Part shown: positions 12,995-25,952 of the stretch, piece after piece
How positions within the stretch are numbered: the stretch's first letter is position 1
Layout of the letters: each line of letters begins with the position of its first letter
From: Adineta vaga
Lineage: Eukaryota > Animalia > Rotifera
Direction: 5' to 3'
Length of the DNA stretch: 64,000 bases
NCBI GenBank assembly: GCA_021613535.1
Contig: CP075492.1
Location: 10,912,001-10,976,000, forward strand
Notes under the pieces: generated by a model
Database searches by the model: none
Seen by the model: the letters and a program-made list of their open reading frames with translations, nothing else
What the model was told of the DNA's origin: nothing
Translations under genes and position numbers: made by a program

Positions 12995-15900
12995 TCAATC
13001 CCAATCTTCTGCCGCACCAGCTGATGCTGATCCACCACTTGGACCGGTTGTTTGACTATGACTAAATGTATCACCACGCATCTAAGAAACAAAACAAAAA
13101 AGTAATTTTTAGGAAATAAAATAAATCACTTCGAATTTACATCTATATTTTTTGGATTAACACCATTTCGATTAAATCCACCAGCACTAGCACCACCACC
13201 ACCACCACCACCATTGATATATTGTTTCAAAAAATCCGGTATTTCTTGACCAGCCTAGGTAGGATAGAACGACATTGTTCAATACATGAGTAAACAAAAA
13301 CGATTATTGAAATTTATGTGTTCTTACTTCGCCTAGTTTTTGAACAAGTTCGGGTGCTATGTTGCGATCTGATTCACGATCTGCATCAAAAAATGAAATT
13401 GATTTACCCAAATGACCCGCACGACCTAAATCAAAAAGCATTTGGTATCTTCTGCATGTCATCATTCATAAACTATTCATACCAGTTCGACCAATTCGAT
13501 GAATATAAAAATCGCTAGTATCTGGTAAATCATAATTAATTACATAGCCAATTAAAGGAAAATCAAGACCACGTGCAGCGACCGATGTAGCAACAAGAAT
13601 TGGACATTTTCCAGTGGTAAATTGTTGTACAGCTTCTACACGTTGTCGTTGTGTACGATCACCATGCATTGTAGTACTCATAAAATTACGTTGTGAAAGT
13701 AGAGCACCAATATAGTCAGCCGATCGTTTTGTTTCAACAAAAATTAGACAACGTTCAGATTCTAAAAAGAAGAAAAACCAGCGAAATTCAATGAAAATTC
13801 AAGACAATTGATTTTGTCTTTACTTAGATTTTCTTCAAGTAATTGAAAAAGTCGATCCTTTTTATTAGCTTGTGGTACGGGTTCAATAGTTTGAGCAATA
13901 TCTTCGTTTGCACCACCGAGAATACCGACAGCAAGAAAAACATAATTTTCACGTAGAAAATGTTTAGCAAGTCGTTGAACTTCATCTGGAAATGTTGCCG
14001 AAAACATAGATGTAACACGTTCTTCCTTTCGTGGTAAGCCAAGTGTTTCTAATTTACGAATATCAGGTTCAAAACCAGTATCCAACATTCTTTTCAAAAA
14101 CAAAAACAAAATAAACGCTAATATTCTTCTTCAATATATACACACCGATCAGCTTCATCAAGAACGAAATATTTCACTCTTTTCAATGAAATCTAAAATA
14201 CAGAAACTCAAAATGATCAATTTAGAAGTGTTAGAAAACATACACGGCCTTTTTCAACCATATCTTTCAAACGACCAGTAGTTGCCGAAAGAATATGACA
14301 ACCTTCTCGAAGACGATCTGAAACTGTATACATATCAAGACCACCGACAGCCGAACCTAGTGAGAAGACAATGAATGTTATCAAACATTAAAAGTATTTA
14401 TTATTCAATAAAACATACATGGAATCACTGGTGTTTGATAAGCAAATTTTCGTGCTTCACGTTCAGTTTGTAAAGCAAGTTCACGTGTTGGTGATACGAT
14501 CAAGCAAAGAGGTGATGGTGGCTCACATTTTGCAGTTAAATCATCAGCATGAAATTGTAATAAATTGGAAATAATTGGCAAGAGAAAAGCAGCCTAGAAT
14601 ATAATTACCTTGTCGCTTCTCAAATTAATTAAATCTATGACGTACCGTTTTACCAGAACCAGTTTGAGCACATGCCATTAAATCATCTTGTTGTTGAATA
14701 CATGGTAAGGCATATCGTTGAATAGGTGTGGGTTCTTCAAAATGAGCTCGACGAATATTTGACAAAACTTGTGTATCAAGATTAGCTTCTTCATATAATT
14801 CAATTGGTTTTACTTTTCCTAGAACAAAAAAGCAATTTTAACTTTAGAAGTGAAACACGGATTGTCTGTTTCATCGTACCTTCAGGTGTACAACGTGCTT
14901 GTGTTCGATGATATTTACTGAAATTTTCACCTTTTGATACAGCTTCACCGAATATATCAGCTTCACTTGTTGGTGGAGGTGGTGGAATATATCGTTCCAC
15001 AGGTTGTGCACCAGCACGACCACCAGCTTAGATAAAATATTCTTTTATCAATACTGTAACAATAGATTTTCAAATACTTACGTTGATCAAAGATATCATC
15101 CGATACCTAAATGACATATAGAAGTATACAACATCAGACAATGAGAAAGATTCAAGTTTATTTACTTTATCATTTCTTCTGCCACCACCACCACCACCGC
15201 TGAAAAAGCCAGTACTACCACCGTCTACAAAACTTTTATTTATAGACGAATAGAGCTCTTTTCCTAACATACCACGAGGTTTTTTTGGTTCAGGACAATC
15301 ACGAGATTGATGGCCTGGTTGATTACTATAAAAATATGAATACAAAGAACAAACTAGATGAACTTCGAAATAAGTTAACGCACCAATTGTAGCAATCTAA
15401 ACACGAAAACAAAATACGACAGTCAACATTATTCAAATAAGAGAAATAAAACTTACTGCCGCTACCGCTACCACCACCGGTGAAACGGTTCTCTAAAATA
15501 GGAGAATATCAATCTTGTTAAGACGCGAAGTTATCGATTGTTTTTACCTCGATCACCCGCATTAAAAGCTCCACTACCACCACCGCCTCGACCACCTACA
15601 ACGATCTATTTGTTAGACATATTGTTATACAATTATAATACCTCGAAATCCAGAACCAGCGCTACTGAAGCTACCACGTGTTGCTGAACTGCCGAATGCT
15701 GAACGTTTATTAGTATCATCTGAATCTGTATTGGCTGTATTTGTTGCACCTCCTCGCCAGCCCGCAAACATTGGTTTGGATTCACTGCTATCATCTTGAT
15801 TTCGCATATTCTGGAATGTATTTGTATTATTTGATGATGATCGAAAACCGCTATGACTATTTCCAGCACCTGAACTGAAACCACCACCTCGACCACCACG

Positions 15901-16698
15901 ACCACCTTGTGAATCTTTACGTGGTTCAGGACATTCTCGACTCATATGACCACTTTGATTACAATTGTAACATCCTAACAAAATAATAACAATAATAATA
16001 ATAATAATAATAATAAACTTAAACAAAGTAAACATTAAAAAGAGTAAGCGAGATAAGCATAGCATTAAGATCTATTACTAACATATTTCCTTGTCTTTGG
16101 ATCGATTCATCTATACAATTTAATTTCTCTTTCCTGCTTCTTTTTGTGGTTAAAAATTAGAATTCAAAAAGAAAATTTACCACGAGATGTGCCATCATTG
16201 CCAGTTCGAAAGGCACTACTATCACCATTACTACCAAATGAACTTTCTCCATTGCGTGCTAAATGAAACTATTGATTTTATCTTCTTTCACAAGATGCAG
16301 TATACACTAACCACCAAAAGTATTGCCAGTATTTCGAGCTCCAAAACTTCCACCATTACTCGGATTACTATTTTCATCATTATTACTACGAAATGTATTG
16401 AAACTTCCTGAAGTACTCGCACCACCATTCCATTTCGTTATCGGTGCTGGTTCTAAATAAAATATGCAACGCATTTTTCTTTCATACTGAAAAATCTTCA
16501 ACAGTACGATATTCTTTACCGGTATTATTTGTTGAAAATGTTGATTTACCACGTCCGATACCTAATTTTGATGTTGTTGGTTGCTACAGAAAATAAATCT
16601 CAATCATAAATTGTTTGTTTTTTTGTGCATATGTTCAAACGAACCTGTTCGAATGGTTTAGCTGTACCCTCATCATCATCCCAAGATTCTTCTTTCAT
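12995..16698 (-). CDS. vasa: Vasa/DDX4 DEAD-box RNA helicase
   Basis: N-terminal Gly/RGG-rich region with two CCHC zinc knuckles ([28 protein letters not shown]). Motifs [35 protein letters not shown] and HRIGRTGR. Acidic Trp C-terminus AAEDWD* is typical of Vasa. Confidence 0.93.
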
Positions 16699-16905
16699 GA
16701 TTATAAATGACAAAAAACAACAACAACAATAACTACAACAACAAACACGATCTAGAAGCAATCAAAGATGTTACTAAACAAGAATCTAAGTTAACTTTTA
16801 TTCTTTATTATTCTTCTTTAATTTTTATTTTCTTTCAAGTTGTAACTGTTTTGAAAAAAACATACAAGCAAAGAAACAAAAAACTTGATGTCGATTTGTT
16901 CTTGT

Positions 16906-17430
16906 TTATTTCTTCTTGCCAGCAGCAGCAGGAGCGGCAAAGATTTTGAATTTATTGGCAAAACGTTTGGATTTAGCAACGAATGTACGACGTTTGCTTT
17001 TCTTTGTTTTTGCTGCCAATTGGGTCGTATTTTTCTTTTTCAAACGATTAAATTCATGAGCCAAAATACGATTGTATGCTTGTTTGGCATGTACCAATTT
17101 AAATCGATCGAAATCAGTCATTTTTGAACGTAAATGTTTGGCTTGTAATTTTTTAAACCAACGTGTTTCGTGCCATTTCTTGCTGACATCATTTTTATCC
17201 CAAAGAGCTTTAACAGTTCCTGAACGAGCTCCAGGTAAAAGTTTGAGAACATACTTTGTCAGGTGTAATGATTTAATATTTAATGCTTGACGACGTACAT
17301 GCGATGATGGACCATCGACAAGAACACGGGTCTGATCGATGATATTTGTTATACAACAAAGTTTGCCTTTTTCTGGACCATAAGCAATGTAGGCAACACG
17401 ACCTACTTGAACAAGACGTTCGTAAGGCAT
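16906..17430 (-). CDS. RPL14: 60S ribosomal protein L14 (eL14)
   Basis: Intronless 174-aa ORF with VQVGRVAY, GKLCCITNIIDQTRVLVDGP and MTDFDRFK. Confidence 0.96.
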   Translation of the reverse strand: MPYERLVQVGRVAYIAYGPEKGKLCCITNIIDQTRVLVDGPSSHVRRQALNIKSLHLTKYVLKLLPGARSGTVKALWDKNDVSKKWHETRWFKKLQAKHLRSKMTDFDRFKLVHAKQAYNRILAHEFNRLKKKNTTQLAAKTKKSKRRTFVAKSKRFANKFKIFAAPAAAGKKK

Positions 17431-17714
17431 GAATGTTTTTTTCTAAAATGAAAAATATAGAAAAAAAATTGAACTTAGAAAGCAATCGAAATTCGAAACG
17501 ATAGTAAAAGTAAAATGAGAAAATGACGGGGAATAAACAAGTATTCTCATTGGATGTAATGGAATGTTCAGAAATCATAACTTGGACTATAGACAAAAAA
17601 TACAGAAGGAAACTAACATAATATTTTAGAATAAATTAGTGTTGAAAAGTGTAAAATTTAGTTTTTCAAAGTAAAACAATTCATTTTAAATGCATTAATA
17701 AATCAATATTTACA

Positions 17715-18068
17715 AGTGACATCTACATTTTAGGAAGATTTTACCATAGTGTAAAGAACAAATCAGAAAACTTCTATTCAATTCATTGGATTTTTGTAAC
17801 AATAATCTGATTTTTCTAATTACATTTCAAAATAAATACAGAAAAATCAATTCAAATAATTTCAAAAAATACCTTTTACTCTTACTATAAATATTGATTA
17901 GATGTCGCTCGTTTCAGAACTTGACTTTCAACTTTGAATTTTATGAACAATTCATAAAAAATCTATTCGTGTATTAAATCAGGTAGTTTTCATTCAACAC
18001 TCGTATAAAACTTATAAAATTCCGTCGAAAAGTTATTGATTTTCGAAAGTTAACTAATAGATGGCGTT
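17715..18068. promoter_or_regulatory. Three copies of motif TAGATGKCRYT in the divergent RPL14/KAT6 promoter
   Basis: 17715-17725 (minus, TAGATGTCACT), 17899-17909 (TAGATGTCGCT) and 18058-18068 (TAGATGGCGTT). A fourth copy lies at 39082-39092 upstream of SerRS. Confidence 0.5.
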
Positions 18069-18248
18069 GCATAACAATATAACTGTCATTGTAAACCTCA
18101 ATTGTGAAGCGCATTATTGTGCTTGATCGATGAGTCATCTTTCATCATTCTTCTTCGTCTGTCATATTGACCGATTTGTTTTTCCTTCATTGAAAAAAGG
18201 CAATTAAATTTCAGTTTATACTCAAATGATCTGATTAAATATTTACAA

Positions 18249-21200
18249 ATGGTAGCCAAAGGCTCTACTGATCGGCGTATATCATCGTCGACTAGTCCGT
18301 CAACTAAACGACGAACATCATCAACAACAACTTCTCATGAGAGAAAGGTTTTTAATTTATTACTTATATATTTCAAATATTAATCGATTTTCCTTTATTT
18401 CTTTTTAAAGAAAGTTGTAAAACCAATGGGAGTATGTAGTTTTTGTTTGGGTGATGAAGATAAAAATGCCCAAGGCATTCCTGAAGATATGATCAGTTGT
18501 GCCGAATGTGGAAATTGCGGTATGAATTGATTGATTGATTGCTTCAATGCAAAAGAAAACCTTCTCCTATTTTTTTTCTAGGACATCCGTCATGTTTGAA
18601 ATATTCAGACCAACTAATTGCAAAAATTAAAACACTCCGATGGCAATGTTTAGATTGTAAAAAATGTATTATTTGTCATAAAGGAGATGATTCAGTAGGA
18701 TGAATTCAGTTTTTTTTGTTCTCTATCTCTATCAATGATTTTCTTTTAGTTATTGTTCTGTGACTTCTGTGATGCAGCTATACATCCGAAATGTTGTAGT
18801 CCACCATTAAATCACATTCCTAAAGGTGATTTTGCTTGCACTAATTGTCGTCAAGATGGAACAGCTAAAGCAGGAAAGCAAAAATCATTGAAGAAAACTT
18901 CATCAACACGTTCTCTTCGCAGTAAAAATTCCAGTGAAGATGAAACTCCTTCAGTCATATCTCGTCCTGTTGCTCAATTGATCGATGGTATGTCAAATTT
19001 TTTCTTACCAAAGAAAGATAAAATTAATAATATTCAACGACAACAATCGGTACAAAAAGCAATGAAATATTTACGAAATAAACCTTCAAATTCGAAAGTA
19101 CTTAAACGAATTCATACCGTTCCAATGGCAAAGAATAAAAATCAATCACTAGCACGAAGTATTCTAGCATCATCAAAAACATCACGTGCTCGACGTAAAC
19201 CATTAAACTTAGTTGACGATTCACCATCGAAGTAAATATCCTTTTATTTTTATGTTCAATTCCATTCTATACATATCATTTAGTTCTCAAACGAATGCAA
19301 CTACATCTGCAAAACGTCCTGGAACTAAAAGATCGCTTACTTCTGAACCAGTAACTCCATCGTCACGTGGTATTCGTCGATCTGGTACTCATCCAAATGA
19401 CGAATCAACTAAATCAAATTCATCAAAATCGACAACAAAACGAAAACATTCAACCTCACCCATTCCGTCAACACCACTAGGAATTAAAAAACGAGCAAAA
19501 GAGAATTCTTCAATAAAGAAATCACATTCAAAACGTAAAGAAATTAAACCTGAAGAAACAGAATCAGAAAAAGAAGATACTGATAATGAACAAATACCAA
19601 CAGTTACAAAACGAAAACTAAATTTAGATTTATCAAGTAAGTTTATTTTTAATTAACAATTGTAACAAAAACACCTTTTATTTCATCTAGAATATCAAAC
19701 ACCACCAGCGTTCATAAGTGATTCACTTCCAGATATAATTAGTACTCATGATGTTTATCTATTTCTTGATGCACGTAAAAATTCTACGAAACTCATCTCT
19801 GAGGTATGTATTTTCTATGTGAAAATTTCTCATTATTTCTCTATGAAATCTTTCTAGTGTTCGGAACAATTTCGTCATTCAACTGAAACACAAGAAGATG
19901 ATGTGAATAATACTCGTTGGCCACCCTATATAGTTTTTGGTTCAGAACTAATTAAAACTTGGTATTCATCATCTTATCCTCAAGAATATGCACGTGTTCC
20001 ACGTTTATTTATCTGTGAATTTTGTTTAAAATATATGAAATGTGAACAAGTTTACGATCGACATCGCGTATGTATTTTCATTCTATTCAAATAGAATCTT
20101 TTCTCATGTTCATTTGTTTTGTTTTTTATATTGAATAGAAAAAATGTGAAACATTTCATCCACCTGCAAATGAAATCTATCATAAAGATGATCTATCTGT
20201 TTTTGAAGTTGATGGCAATATCAATCGAATTTATTGTCAAAATTTATGTCTTTTAGCTAAATTATTTCTCGACCATAAAACACTTTATTACGATGTTGAA
20301 CCATTTCTTTTTTATGTTTTGACGAAAAATGATGCAAATGGTTGCCATTTTCTCGGCTATTTTTCCAAAGAAAAACATTGTCCACAAAAATATAATCTTT
20401 CATGTATTACTGTCTTACCTAATTGTCAACGTCGTGGTTATGGACGTTTTTTAATTGAATTAAGTTATTTATTATCACAAAAAGAAAGTCAAATCGGTAC
20501 ACCTGAAAGACCATTATCAACACATGGTGCACAAACATATGAAGCATATTGGAAAATAAAAGTCGTTCAACAGTTATTAAATTATTCTCAAAAGAAATAT
20601 ACAACATGTACAATTAGAAATCTCATGAATGAAACAGGAATGGCAGCTGATGATATACTTGATACATTACAAAATTTAGGCGTTTTAACAATGTATTCGA
20701 ATGAAAAGTAAGTCGATAAAACGAATTTTCATCGTATTAATAGACTTTATTTGTTGTTTAGACCAATAATTCATATTGATATTACACAAATGGAACAGAT
20801 TATGAAAACAGAAAAGAATAAACATGCACATTGGGTATCATTAGATGGTGAATTTCTTCGTTTTACACCTGTTCTAAAACCAATTCTTTTGATGAACGAT
20901 GACAATTCCTATGAAAATCAAATGAGAAAAATTGAAGTTATTTTCAAAAAAATTGAATCAGATCCATCAGAGTAACGTTTACATATAAAGAATTCGTTTC
21001 TTAGTTAACATTGTTTGATAATTTAGATCAACAGGAAATGTTACAGATGCCGCTGATGATGGAAATACAACTGAAATGGTACGTATTGTTCGACGAAGAA
21101 AATTTGGACGAAAACGTCGATGTATTTATGTTAAATATCGAGTATCAAATAAAAATGAAACAAATACAAATAATCATCATCATGATGAACATTCTCAAGA

Positions 21201-22866
21201 ATATATCTCTCGTCGACGAGATTCAATAGTCAATGAATCAACGAAAGATGCAACAGAAGATGAAGAAATCGAACAAGAAGAAGAAGAAGAAGAAACAACA
21301 TCAGAAATTAAAACTATCGTTTCGCCTAAATCTCCTTCAAAACAACCAACATTTAAGCAATTAACGATCGATCAATTTTTAAAAAAGATTCCATCTACTT
21401 CATCACCAACAACAGCAAAAACAGAAGAACCACGATCAGAGAAAATGTTTGACATAAGTCCAAAGAATAATGATAATGAAGAAAGCAATACAGATATTAA
21501 AACTGATAATAATGAAGACTTTCGATTACCGAGACGAACAAAACGTTTATCAAATACACCACACATATCTAAATCTGAAACTGATCTGATTAAAATGGCA
21601 AATGGATCCACAGAAGATACGTCGAGAAAGCTTATTCGTAAGTATTTATGAATGTTCTACTGATATCAGTCTTAATTATCGAGAGTTCTCAAGGACTTCT
21701 ATGCCGTAAGAATTAGTTTTCCGGTTATAAAATAAAGATAGGTGTGACAATATTGTATGTTAGTCATAGTTATGCATATATTGAAGGTTATCGATATTCA
21801 TTGTGTTATTAGAACTAATGAGAATACGTTGCACGTGCAAAAGACAAAAGAACAATTGAATACTTTTGAGATTACAAAAGATTAAACATATATTATCATC
21901 TATACTATGTTTGAATAAGATAGAAATCATAACTGACTAGAATATATATCTTTCGTTTGTACTCATGTTCATATATCATTTTAGCGTATAATCAAGATTT
22001 CTTATTGAGACAAATCAGTGATGGAACTGAAAAATCCAATGATAGTTCACCAGCTCCAGTTAATTCACCATTGCCATTCAAAAAACGTGCTTGGACTTCG
22101 TCCAATGTTCAAGCATTAATCGATCCACCTACTACTACTACTGCTACTACTACTTCTTCTTCTTCTTCTACTTTTACAAAGGTTTAATTATTTACATCTC
22201 TTATGAATTGATATTCTGACATAAAAACTACTTTAGAAAACCGATCCACCAAGTTTAAGTCGTGAAACAAGTTTAACGACACCATCATCACTTTCTGATA
22301 TTCTTTCAAATCCTCTAATGACATCATCATCATCATCATCAATCAATAGTACCGATGAAGAAACAAAAATTGCTCGTATTGAATCTCAATTAAAAACGAC
22401 AGTTGAAGCAATTGAAGAAGTTGATGCATTTGATGATCAACCACCTAGTTTAACATCACCAACATCAATGATTGTTTCACAATCAAATCATTATAATTAT
22501 TCTACAAGAAGTAGTGTTGCTAAACAACAACAACAACAACTGCAACAGCAATCAATAACAATAAATAATTTTAATAGTTCAACAAATATGACTTATAATT
22601 TTGGACAAACATCTTATCCATATCCGTATCCATCTGTACCACCGATTGATATGCAGCCATATTATTATCCTCCAACAGGCATGCCAATGAATTATATGCC
22701 ATATTATTCGACATCATCATCTCCAATGTATCCGCCAGATCAACAAATGTGTTATCCTCCAAATGGAACTAATTCACTTCCGTATACTGGTAACTCAGCA
22801 ACAACAACAACAACAACACCTTACAATTATTCAGCACCTCATTCGTCATTAAATCGACGACATTAA
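18249..22866 (+). CDS. KAT6: MYST-family histone acetyltransferase with double PHD finger (KAT6A/B, enok-like)
   Basis: Double PHD finger (CSFCLG...[13 protein letters not shown]...CLDCKKC...[17 protein letters not shown]). MYST domain with [52 protein letters not shown] and GTPERPLS. Acidic then Ser/Pro/Met/Gln-rich tail. Confidence 0.9.
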
Positions 22867-24073
22867 ACACTGATTTGAACCATAGATCGCAGTAACCAGT
22901 TCGGTCAGATAAAATGATGATGATTGAATGTTTGTATACTTCTATTTCAGACAAAAACAAAAACATACAAAATTGTTTCTATTTTACGCTGTCTTGTATT
23001 TTGTTCTTTTGTTTTGCAATAATATATATGTATGAATATGGGAAGAAAACAATAGATAGGTGAGAAATCTTACGCTTGCATTGGTGTTTGCGCATTTGGT
23101 CTTCTTTTTGTTGAGTTTGTTTTTTAATGTACATAGTGTTTTGTCATGTGAAACAGTGTTTTCTTCTTCTTTTTTTGGCCTGTCCCTTTGATCCTATTAA
23201 ACAAAAGAAAAATTCACTATATTGCTTAGATCGCAATATTATACGATACCGTATTCGTATTCAACTAATCGATGTTTTTTCTTTCTAAAAAATTGCATCA
23301 AACAATATGTACGGAAATGTTATTATACTATCCTAGGTTTGTAATTCAATTTTCTGAAAAAATGCCTAATCTTATCATGATGGAAAAACGTTTGAACATA
23401 AGTGAAACAGCACTGAAGTGCAGAGATATTTTTAAAGTCTTGTTTTTTCCGGTCGATGTATAGTACCAAACTTGAAAGTTGAATTCAACAATTCAATTGT
23501 TTTCGTTTGTTACTATTCTCAATCTTGTAGAACCTTTAATATATCGCTTAAATAAAATATAACGCTACCGTACTAACATCGTTTCATGAAGGGATTTGAG
23601 ATACGAATAAACCTGACTGGAATATTTATCCATGCCATGATGACGATGATGTATCACTATGTAATGAAGAACTGAATTTGCATTAAATTTATTTTTCATG
23701 TGTTCAGTAACATGGAATTTCATATTCATTTCATTGGAGTTCCTCTAAACGTGAATGAATTAGAGCTGCAGATAAATATTTTCAAGATATACTAGATTGT
23801 TTAGTTGCAAGAGTTTCTCATTTATACAACTCTCTCATGCATTTATAACTCGTAAAGCTGGTGCAACTTTTAAACTACCTTTTTAACATTAGTTTTCATT
23901 TTCGTGTAGGATCGACAAAGAAAATGAATACAGCATTATTCACACTAGTGAGAAGATCTATTGCGAAACCTGATAAAAAGAAATATTTATTAATAATGAA
24001 CAGTAAGAATTTTTCATGAATGTCGTAAGAAATTCTCATAAAGCACAAGATTTAGATCGTTTTGAGATATAAA

Positions 24074-25518
24074 CTACGTAAGTATCAACGCTGTATTATT
24101 TTTTACATTTAATGGTAAGTCATTATAGTCTCTTTCAGCAAGGTCATTACACCAAAGATTCAGCTTTGTTAGTGTCTGTAGGAAACAAATACGATGTAAT
24201 ATAAAAAGAATACTATCAATGATTGTTACTTTATTTTTGTCTAGAGCATCTGCAAGCTCCTTCACTCCTTGAAGATCGATTTTATTATTGGCCAGATTTA
24301 ATGTAGTTAAAGTCTATATGTGATGATTAATGAAAGTTTAAGATTACAAATAGAAAATCTTACAGAATTGTTTTCTAGAACCATGGCAAAATGTTCTGCT
24401 CCTTTGTGATCGATTTGATTATGGGAAAGATATAATGAGCTGAGTGTCTTTTGGAAATAGAATAATAATTATAAAAATTAAATTTAAGAGAAAATCTTGC
24501 CTGGTTTTTCAATAGAGCCATGGCAAGATATAGTATTCCTTGAGAATCAATTCGATTATGTGAAAGACAAAGTGTTATAAGTGTCTTTATAAAATAGAAT
24601 GAATCGATCTGAGAGTTTAAATTTAGATATATTACTTTATTTTGATATAAAGTCTTGGCAAATTCTTCAACACCTCGAGAACCGATGATATTACCACGAA
24701 GATGTAATGCAGCGAGTGTCTTTGGGAAAATAAGAGCGAAATAGGAAAAGAAATGAAATCTTACTTCGTTCTGTTGTAACGCGTTAGCAAGATAGAATGC
24801 TCCTTTTGAAGTAATATCATTGAATCGAAGGTAAAGTGTAGTGAGTGTCTATGTGAATTGATTAAAAGATAATAGGGTATGACAATGAAGAATTGAATTT
24901 TACTTTGTTTTGTAGTAGAGAATTACCAACATATCGAGCACCTTGATCGCCGATATGATTGTAATCTAGGTTCAGTGTAGTAAGTGTCTAAGAGATATAT
25001 ATATATATATTATAAATGAATTTCTGTATGCAGCGGTTAGGTTATCATTTTACTTCGTTATTTTGAAGACTATTGAATATATACTTGGCGCCTGGAGCAT
25101 TGATCTCATTGCAGCCGAGTTCGAGGGAAATAATTGTCTAAACAGAACAGATAATGAATGAATGAATGAACGAGACATTTATAATTTAATATTACCTTAT
25201 TTTCTTGCAGTAGATTGCTGAGAAATTCAGCTCCTCTATCACCGGGAAGTTTATTGTAGATATTTAATGTGTCATCGGTCTATACAAATGTATAAGAAAT
25301 GGAAATATCTGTTGATTACTACATATAGAAATTGAGAGAAAAATTCAATAGCACAACATATTTACCAAATATCGATAATAACTATGGATAATTTGGTTTA
25401 AACGTGTACAAATATTATACATGGAAAGGACGATAATGGATAGATCCAATTGATCAAAAATACGATAGACAAGCTCAACTGGTAGTGTAACGAGCGATGG
25501 AACAATTCTGTTTAACAT
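24074..25518 (-). CDS. F-box-like N-terminus plus RNI/NLRC3-type leucine-rich repeats, one 28-aa repeat per exon
   Basis: Exon 1 is F-box-like (SLVTLPVELVYRIFDQLD...CTRLNQII). Eight repeat exons follow, with 84 nt measured for 25279-25196 and 24584-24501 (e.g. TLTTLNLDYNHIGDQGARYVGNSLLQNK). A terminal exon closes the gene. Confidence 0.88.
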
Positions 25519-25952
25519 TGATACCAATTTGATCTACTGTTCGTCTTATTTCTCTTATCTTACGTGTTTTGATAGAATGGTGTAATGACTTACTTCTACT
25601 ACAAAAAAAATGCATAAATATGAGTAACCCCGATGATTCATATCAACAATTCCTATTTATTGTTTCGTTTCTGACACATTTTACACGTCATCTTACAAGT
25701 CAATGAGAGATATTGGATTAAATCAACGTTCTGACATTATTTTATGGAAAGTGCATATACAATATTGGTGATTGATACGAAATCATCATACGATGATCAT
25801 ATTCACAGAAATTTACATCAGAATAGTATAGTGTTTTTTATTATTTACGAGAAATATTAGTTAAGGTACAAAAAATATCGATTCGAACGGTTGATTATTG
25901 TTTTATCGCGATATATTCACGCATAGTAGTCAACAAAATTCGTCTTATGACA

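Noticed and set aside
24074-25279. Periodic ~135-bp pattern that could be mistaken for a tandem repeat or CRISPR-like array
   Set aside because: Explained by 84-nt LRR exons alternating with ~50-60 nt introns.
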